30,513 nucleotides of DNA from Candidatus Xenobia bacterium (GTDB lineage Bacteria > Vulcanimicrobiota > Xenobia > Xenobiales > QWHO01). This document shows, piece after piece, positions 24,911 through 30,513 of the stretch. The first letter of the stretch is position 1. The number at the start of each line of letters is the position of its first letter. A model generated the notes under the pieces. That model was not told the origin of the DNA, did no database searches, and saw only the letters and a program-made list of their open reading frames with translations. Both the position numbers and the translations under genes were made by a program. Location of the stretch: NCBI GenBank assembly GCA_045863235.1, contig BTUM01000088.1:1-30513 (forward strand), written 5' to 3'.

Positions 24911-25834
24911 TCAGCGCCCGGTGATCTGACCGAAGACCCCGCGGGCCCAGCTTCTGGCCGTCTCGTTTCCCTGCGCACCGCTGTAGTGCACGCCGTCCCC
25001 ACCCGAGTAGCTCGGCGTGAACGGGTCGGAGGCGATGTAGGTCCCGTAGGGCGCCATGGCGGCTGCCATCTTCTGGTCAAAAGCCTCGATTCCAGCCGAA
25101 TTGGAGCTGTCCTGGCGGGTTTTGGGGGGACCCACCCAGATCAGCTTGATGTTGTGCCGTTTGGCGATCTCGCCCAGGCTCTTGACTTGAGCGCTCGGAT
25201 CGCCTGATCGGAAATTGGCACCCAGGTTCACGATGATGACATCGGGCTTGTTCCTGGCGATCAGATCCTCAAGCCGTGGGATGGACTGCCTGGAATTCCA
25301 CTGGGGCTGCTCGACGCTGCCGTTGGCGTGGCGGGCGACGAAGCCCGAGCTGGTGGTGCCGCCGTTGGCCCACTGGGTGGCCGAGCTGCCCGAGGCCCCG
25401 TAGGTCTCGACCTGAGCGCCCGTGCTGCGAAGCTGCCGATCGAGCTCGGTGCCGAAGGTGCCCACGGTGTGAGAGTCTCCGATCATGAGGACCTTCGTCC
25501 CCGAGCCGATAGAGGTCGATCCGCCCGTGCTCGTCGGCGGGGAATCTCCGGTTGGGGCGGCCGAGTTCACCGGGCCCGATTGGGCTCCCGATCCCCCCGG
25601 GCTCGCCGCCGCCGCGCCGGGGGAGCCCATCGCCGGCCCGCCCATCAGGACGGTCAACAGACCGAGCAAGCTCATGTTGAGCTGTTGCATGGCCATCAGA
25701 TAGTCCTGTCCACCCAGCGTCGGGCCGCAGCCGGCGCAGCGAGACGAGGCCGAGCCCAGCGGCGCCAGGGAGCTCAGGCCGAAGGCTGTCGGATTGAGCG
25801 ATTGCAGGGGAGTGAGTCCGGTCAGCGGGTCCAT
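24911..25834 (-). CDS. SGNH/GDSL hydrolase family protein with low-complexity N-terminal extension
   Basis: Block I IGDSH, block III VNLGAN, block V DGVHY; GGAGAGG upstream of the ATG. Confidence 0.88.
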   Translation of the reverse strand: MDPLTGLTPLQSLNPTAFGLSSLAPLGSASSRCAGCGPTLGGQDYLMAMQQLNMSLLGLLTVLMGGPAMGSPGAAAASPGGSGAQSGPVNSAAPTGDSPPTSTGGSTSIGSGTKVLMIGDSHTVGTFGTELDRQLRSTGAQVETYGASGSSATQWANGGTTSSGFVARHANGSVEQPQWNSRQSIPRLEDLIARNKPDVIIVNLGANFRSGDPSAQVKSLGEIAKRHNIKLIWVGPPKTRQDSSNSAGIEAFDQKMAAAMAPYGTYIASDPFTPSYSGGDGVHYSGAQGNETARSWARGVFGQITGR

Positions 25835-25908
25835 AGTTGCAATCTACCTCTCCGTGAATCGGAATGCAGGGGGCGCGTGTTAAGGTTTCCTGAACATTGT
25901 GAACTTCC

Positions 25909-27519
25909 TCAGGGTCGTAGCTCGAGCCGGTGCAGCAGCCCCTTCAGGGTGCCGGCCAGAAAGGTGCTCTCGTCCACCGCGGCCAAACTGGTGGCCGTGT
26001 CCGGCCCCAGCATGAGGCTGAGCGCGGCCAGCTCTCGTTTCTCCCCCATCTCCCAGAGGCGTGCCGAGCCTCCCCAGAGCACCAGGGCTCGCTCCCCCGA
26101 GGGAGTGAAGGCCACCATGCCGGTCGAGTTCACCTGGCACTGGTCGACCAGCTCGCCCGTGGAGGGGTTCCAGCGCGCCAGCCAGCCGCCGTTCCAGCCG
26201 GTCAGGTAGGAGCCGCGCAGGGCCGATCCCCCGGGTAACCAGCTCCAGGGACAGGCCTGCAAGACCTGGCCGTCGACCAGGCTCACCCGCCGCAGGCCGT
26301 CGGCTCCGGGGACATACGCAGACTCAGAGTCGAGCAGGTGGAGGGGGGCCACCAGGTCGTCGAAGGGGACCGGGCAGTCCAGCTGCCAGGCGGGATGAAC
26401 CTGCAACCGCCCTGGCACCAGCCGATCGCCTACGCGGGCCGCCAGGTTGTGGTCCGGGGAGCGAGCCAGCAGCTCGCCAGCCGCCAGGTCGAGCACCACC
26501 AGCTCTTTGTTCGTTCCCCAGGCCCCCATCGCTCCGCGCAAAGAGATGCCCAGTCGCGGATAATCGCCTGCCGCCGGATAGCTGGCCAGCTCGGCCCCCT
26601 GCAGGTCGCGCAGGGTCAGAGTGCCCTTGCCTGCGATCAGGATTCGCTGGCCGGCCACCTCCAGGGCCTCCACCGTGGGAAGGGGACAAAGGCGCCAGAG
26701 GAGCTCTCCCTCGCGCCACAGTTTGAGGTCGGGCCCCCAGCCCAGCACCAGAGGGCCAGCCCGGGTCAGCCCGGGGCCGAACCAGGCCTGGTGGGCGGGA
26801 GCACCCTGAAGGGCTTCATCGCAGCTGCTCTGACCGGCCAGAAACTGACTCGAGGCTCTCTCGCGAAGAATGTGCAGGCCCTCGGGCCAGCTGCTGAGCA
26901 CGTGCTGAGCATCCGGGCTGAAGCCCACTGCCCGTGGGGCCGCGCCGACCGGTCCGGGGAAAGCCCACAGGAGCTGGCCATCGCGGCTCCAGAGCTCGGT
27001 CTGGCCGGCCCACTCCTCGTTACCGCCCCAGCGAGCTACGGCCAGCTGCCGGCCGTCGGGGGAAAAGGCCAGATCAGCAACCTGGCTGCCTTCCGTCTCC
27101 TGGCTCCAGAGCTCGTGTCCCTCTGCCGACCAGAGCTTGAGGCCACCGTCGTCCTCTCCGCCCCCGCTGGCGAAGACCTGTCCGTCCGGGGCGATGGCCA
27201 GCGCCGTCGTGGCATAGTGGGCCTGGAGCTTCTTCTCCAGCTTCCACTTCCTGCCGCGCCGGTAGAGCCGCAGCGTCATCCACTCGTCAGCCGAGCCGCT
27301 GCCGGCCACCAGCCAGGAGGCGTCAGGGGCCAGGGCCAGGCTCAGGATGTGGTCCCGTCCGGCCTTGAGACGTGGGAGAGCGTGCCCGGTCAGGGGCTCA
27401 TACAACCCAACCTCATTCCCCTGGCTGCAGGCCACCAGCGAGCCGTCCGAGGCCAGGCAGGCGCGACGGACCGGCTCCAGGCCGGCCACTCCCCAGGTGG
27501 CCGTGATCTCCAGATGCAT
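25909..27519 (-). CDS. WD40/beta-propeller repeat protein, ~536 aa
   Basis: Repeats LALAPDASWLVAGS, LAIAPDGQVFASGG...LKLWS, LAFSPDGRQLA, VGFSPDAQ, VAFTPSG. Start ATG 27519; the longer track ORF is antisense to the next gene. Confidence 0.85.
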   Translation of the reverse strand: MHLEITATWGVAGLEPVRRACLASDGSLVACSQGNEVGLYEPLTGHALPRLKAGRDHILSLALAPDASWLVAGSGSADEWMTLRLYRRGRKWKLEKKLQAHYATTALAIAPDGQVFASGGGEDDGGLKLWSAEGHELWSQETEGSQVADLAFSPDGRQLAVARWGGNEEWAGQTELWSRDGQLLWAFPGPVGAAPRAVGFSPDAQHVLSSWPEGLHILRERASSQFLAGQSSCDEALQGAPAHQAWFGPGLTRAGPLVLGWGPDLKLWREGELLWRLCPLPTVEALEVAGQRILIAGKGTLTLRDLQGAELASYPAAGDYPRLGISLRGAMGAWGTNKELVVLDLAAGELLARSPDHNLAARVGDRLVPGRLQVHPAWQLDCPVPFDDLVAPLHLLDSESAYVPGADGLRRVSLVDGQVLQACPWSWLPGGSALRGSYLTGWNGGWLARWNPSTGELVDQCQVNSTGMVAFTPSGERALVLWGGSARLWEMGEKRELAALSLMLGPDTATSLAAVDESTFLAGTLKGLLHRLELRP

Positions 27520-27591
27520 CGGGCAGGGTTCGCGAGGCGGCCGGGGTCCGCCTCCGAAGGCCGCGGGACATCCCCGGAGAACTCCCTGCAT

Positions 27592-28716
27592 GTGGAAGAC
27601 CCGGGGAGCTACCTGCTGAAGATCGTCCAGGGCGCGGTGGCCGGTCAGGCCACGCGGGTCGAAGTTCGCCTGGGGCGCAGGCAGGTGGAGATCGCGTTCG
27701 ACTCTCCCGAGATGTCCGCGGTGAGACCGCAGCGGATCGCGGACCTGCTCGGGAGTTCTCTCCCTGTCGAAGAAGAGGCGCTGGGGGAGGTGCTGGCAGG
27801 TCTGCGAGCGGCCCGCAGCATGGCCCCCGGCTCGGTCACCTGGACCACCGGCCAGGGCCGTCTGCTCGTGACCAGGGACGACTGCAGGTTGGAGGCCGGC
27901 GAAAGCCTCCCGGAGTCGCGCTGCCGCTTTCTGCTGAAGCAGCCGGCCCGACCCCTGGCGAGCATTGCCCGGCGAGCTTCCGAGCACCGGCTGGCCTACA
28001 CGCGCTGCCGGTTCGCTCCCGTGGCGGTGGTGCTCGATGGCCGTCCCGTCAATGACCCGGTGCTGGACCCGCTGGCGGGGGAGGGCTCGCTGGCTGAAGT
28101 CCTGGCGGCCGACTACCCTCGCGGGTGGCTGTTGGCCGAGCGTTACCTGGTGCCCCGCAATTTTGGGCCCGACCTCCTGGCAGCGCCTGGCCCGATCTGT
28201 CGCCGCGCGCGGGTCTACCGGTTGTCGACTGTGGAGAGCACGCGTTTTGGCACTCTGAGCGAGCGTGGCTTCCACGGCCTGATGTATGAGGCCATGCGGG
28301 CCTGGGATTTCCCGGGGAGCAACCTGCACGCAAAAGAGAGCCATCCAGCTCTGCGTTTTCAGATACCGACCGATCCTCAGGACCGGGACGCTCGGCCCCT
28401 GGCCTGCGTGGCGGCGATCGGCATTCCCCTGGCCCTGGAAGGGCAATCCCGGGTTATCGCCGTGAGGAACGGAGTGACGCTGGACTCCCGTCCGGCCGAT
28501 CTGGGCTGCCCCGGTGCGGTCGCCGTCCTGTCGGGCCGGGGGCTGAGGGTGCAACCCGGCACTCTGCGGGTGATGCAGGATGCGGCCTGGGAGCATTGGC
28601 TGGAGTTTCTGCGAGCGCAGGTGCAAGCCATGCTCACGGGCGTGCTGGCAAACCTGATGCTGCTGGAGCAGACGGATCCCGAGCTGGTTCGCTACATCCG
28701 CCGCCGGCTGGGTTGA
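27592..28716 (+). CDS. Hypothetical protein, ~374 aa; N-terminus resembles a degenerate GHKL/HSP90-like ATPase lid region
   Basis: Protein-like frame from EDPGSYLLKIVQGAVAGQATRVEVRL. Start uncertain (GTG 27592 or ATG 27514). Fold assignment is tentative. Confidence 0.65.
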   Translation: MEDPGSYLLKIVQGAVAGQATRVEVRLGRRQVEIAFDSPEMSAVRPQRIADLLGSSLPVEEEALGEVLAGLRAARSMAPGSVTWTTGQGRLLVTRDDCRLEAGESLPESRCRFLLKQPARPLASIARRASEHRLAYTRCRFAPVAVVLDGRPVNDPVLDPLAGEGSLAEVLAADYPRGWLLAERYLVPRNFGPDLLAAPGPICRRARVYRLSTVESTRFGTLSERGFHGLMYEAMRAWDFPGSNLHAKESHPALRFQIPTDPQDRDARPLACVAAIGIPLALEGQSRVIAVRNGVTLDSRPADLGCPGAVAVLSGRGLRVQPGTLRVMQDAAWEHWLEFLRAQVQAMLTGVLANLMLLEQTDPELVRYIRRRLG

Positions 28717-28811
28717 TCGACCGCTGTGCAGCTCGCCCTCGACAGAGGGTCCAAGTGAGCGGTCCACGTCACCACAGGAGCCTGCTTGGCGTGCCTTGAA
28801 TCACCTCCACC

Positions 28812-30206
28812 GTGCGCGTTTCGGCCACTCCTCAGCGTCCCTACACATTGCTGCTCTACCCGCTGGGCCTCTTGCTGGGGCTGGGGTTCCTGCGCCTGAT
28901 CTTCCAACTCGGGCAGCGCCTTCCGCGTCCCGTGCTCGCCCCGGCCGGGTTCGGCGGCGGGCCCCATCCCGAGGCGGCCCACTCGGCCGACCTCTTGCTC
29001 TCGCTGGTCGCGATCATGGCCACCGCGCAGGTCATGGGTGCGGTCTTTCGCAAGCTGGGCCAGCCCACGGTGATGGGCGAGGTCATGGGGGGCTTGATGC
29101 TGGGGCCGTCGCTGCTGGGCTGGCTGGCCCCGGGCCTGCAAGCGGGCCTGTTCCCCCCCGGCGTGGACGCCCCCCTGAGCAGCCTGGCCCGCATCGGGGT
29201 GCTGCTCTACATGTTTTTCGTGGGCCTCGAGCTGGACGCCCGCCTGTTGCGCCACCAGGGCCGCGCCGCCCTGGCCATCGCCAACACGGGCATTCTGGTG
29301 CCTTTCCTGCTGGGAGCCTCCCTGGCCCTGCTGCTCTATCCCCGGCTGGGCTATCCGGACGTGCCCTTCCCTGTGTTCGCGCTCTTCATGGGGGCCTCGC
29401 TCTCGGTGACCGCCTTCCCGGTACTGGCCCGCATCCTGACCGATCGCCGCATGCACCGCACCCGGCTGGGGGTGCTGGCCCTCTCCTGCGCCGCCGTGGG
29501 CGACGTGACCGCCTGGTGCCTGCTTGCGGCTGTGACCGGAGTGGCCCGGGCTGACTATAGCGGGGCGCTGTACACCTTTGGCTGGCTCACCATCTACCTG
29601 GTTTTCATGTTGGCCCTGGTGCGTCCGGTGGTGCTCTGGCTGGTAGAGCGCTCCGAGCGCACGGGAAAACTTACCGCGCCTGCGGTGGGGATGTTCATGC
29701 TGCTGGCGGTGATCAGCGCCTGGTGCACGGAGGCCATCGGGGTGCATGCCCTGTTCGGAGCCTTCCTCATGGGGGCCCTGATCCCCCATGACAGCCTGGT
29801 GGCCCGCGAGGCTCAGGCCCGGCTCTATGACGTCAGTGCCGCCATCTTCCTGCCGGCCTTCTTTGCCCTTACAGGCATGCGGACGAACGTGGGGGGAGCG
29901 GTGGACTGGGGACTGGCCCTGCTGATCGTGCTGGCTGCTTGCCTGGGCAAGTTCGGGGGCACCTTCCTGGCAGCTCGCTACTCGGGCCATTCGGGCCGCG
30001 ATGCGGCCGCGCTGGGAGTGCTGATGAACACGCGCGGCTTGATGGAGCTGATCGTGCTCAACCTGGGCCTGGAGATGAAGATCCTCTCCCCTCAGCTCTT
30101 CACGATGCTGGTGCTGATGGCCGTGGTGACCACCTTCATGACCAGCCCGGTCCTGAGCTGGCTCAGGCCCGAGGTCGGTCCAAGCGACGCAGAACGAGAG
30201 CCGTGA
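28812..30206 (+). CDS. Cation:proton antiporter (CPA2, Kef/Na+-H+ exchanger family)
   Basis: LGQPTVMGEVMGGLMLGPS, GLELD, SVTAFPVLARIL, GDVTAW, GKFGG, MNTRGLMELIVL; many TM segments. Confidence 0.95.
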   Translation: MRVSATPQRPYTLLLYPLGLLLGLGFLRLIFQLGQRLPRPVLAPAGFGGGPHPEAAHSADLLLSLVAIMATAQVMGAVFRKLGQPTVMGEVMGGLMLGPSLLGWLAPGLQAGLFPPGVDAPLSSLARIGVLLYMFFVGLELDARLLRHQGRAALAIANTGILVPFLLGASLALLLYPRLGYPDVPFPVFALFMGASLSVTAFPVLARILTDRRMHRTRLGVLALSCAAVGDVTAWCLLAAVTGVARADYSGALYTFGWLTIYLVFMLALVRPVVLWLVERSERTGKLTAPAVGMFMLLAVISAWCTEAIGVHALFGAFLMGALIPHDSLVAREAQARLYDVSAAIFLPAFFALTGMRTNVGGAVDWGLALLIVLAACLGKFGGTFLAARYSGHSGRDAAALGVLMNTRGLMELIVLNLGLEMKILSPQLFTMLVLMAVVTTFMTSPVLSWLRPEVGPSDAEREP

Positions 30207-30333
30207 GGGCGAACAGCCCCAGCTCCAGGGCCACCGCCCTCCAGCCCCAGGCGGCCCAGCCTGCGTAAAGGCTGTAGCCCAGGCCGACCAGGCAGAGCAG
30301 CAGGATCACCCACTCGGTCGAGTAGCCTCGCAT
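30163..30333 (-). CDS. Small two-TM membrane protein, 56 aa
   Basis: MRGYSTEWVILLLCLVGLGYSLYAGWAAWGWRAVALELGLFALTALVLRRLDRPRA*; shorter than any ORF in the track; overlaps the antiporter 3' end by 44 nt. Confidence 0.55.
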   Translation of the reverse strand: MRGYSTEWVILLLCLVGLGYSLYAGWAAWGWRAVALELGLFALTALVLRRLDRPRA

Positions 30334-30370
30334 GCGGGTTGATTGCGATTCCTGCGTTCCGTTTCCTCCC

Positions 30371-30513
30371 CGAACACGCGTTCCGGGCTCCGTCTCGCGG
30401 GCGGATCATGATCCGCTTCCGAGCCCGATCACGACGAACGTGCGTTCCGGGCTCCTGCCCGGGGGCGGATCATGATCCGCTTCCGAGCCCGATCACGACG
30501 AACGTGCGTTCCG
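30371..30513. repeat. Tandem array of the 64-bp palindromic repeat, running off the window end
   Basis: GCGGATCATGATCCGCTTCCGAGCCCGATCACGACGAACGTGCGTTCCG starts at 30401 and 30465, with a partial unit at 30371-30400. The 9-nt linker varies (gtctcgcgg / tgcccgggg). Confidence 0.95.

Noticed and set aside
15050..24924. Long plus-strand ORFs 15050-17029, 17688-18935, 18945-20249, 21562-22365 and 23440-24924
   Set aside because: Shadows of pilX, pilC, hypF, the HTH-nuclease and the FHA gene.
25909..28767. Apparent 952-aa and 792-aa fully overlapping antiparallel genes
   Set aside because: Each is protein-like over only half its length. They resolve into two divergent genes meeting near 27519-27592.
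28692..29990. 432-aa minus-strand ORF
   Set aside because: Antisense shadow of the CPA2 antiporter; its Gln/His-rich composition mirrors Leu/Val codons.
30371..30513. CRISPR array interpretation of the 64-bp repeats (also 21259-21408)
   Set aside because: The constant part is 55 bp, the variable part is only 9 nt, one linker is reused at the other locus, and there are no cas genes in the window.

Overview
High-GC bacterial chromosomal window with about 25 protein-coding genes. I saw no rRNA, tRNA, CRISPR array or transposase. The gene style (many signal-peptide-less proteins with low-complexity N-termini, divergent minor pilins, HTH-DUF559-like gene) suggests Candidatus Eremiobacterota/Vulcanimicrobiota, but that is only an inference. 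In order: (1) a >1,090-aa low-complexity, repeat-rich minus-strand ORF that runs off the window start and is missing from the ORF track; (2) a plus-strand run of GcvR-like ACT protein, peptide deformylase, membrane protein, tandem-PilZ protein, TPR plus alpha-2-macroglobulin lacking the thioester Cys, and a lipoprotein; (3) a frameshifted NTF2-like lipoprotein and two exported HupE/UreJ-related paralogs separated by an 85-bp hairpin; (4) minus-strand hypA-hypB-hypF followed by PilC/GspF and three minor pilins; (5) an XRE-HTH plus DUF559-like endonuclease gene followed by a 64-bp palindromic repeat that recurs, inverted, at the window end, with a GAAC-N4-GTTC LexA-like box in each intact or near-intact unit; (6) an FHA plus HEXXH metallopeptidase gene coupled to a small immunity-like gene, a duplicated-domain protein, an SGNH hydrolase, a WD40 protein, an unknown protein and a CPA2 antiporter. 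Two clear and one possible 1-bp indels suggest assembly errors. The best candidates for undescribed systems are the nuclease/repeat pair and the FHA-peptidase/immunity pair.
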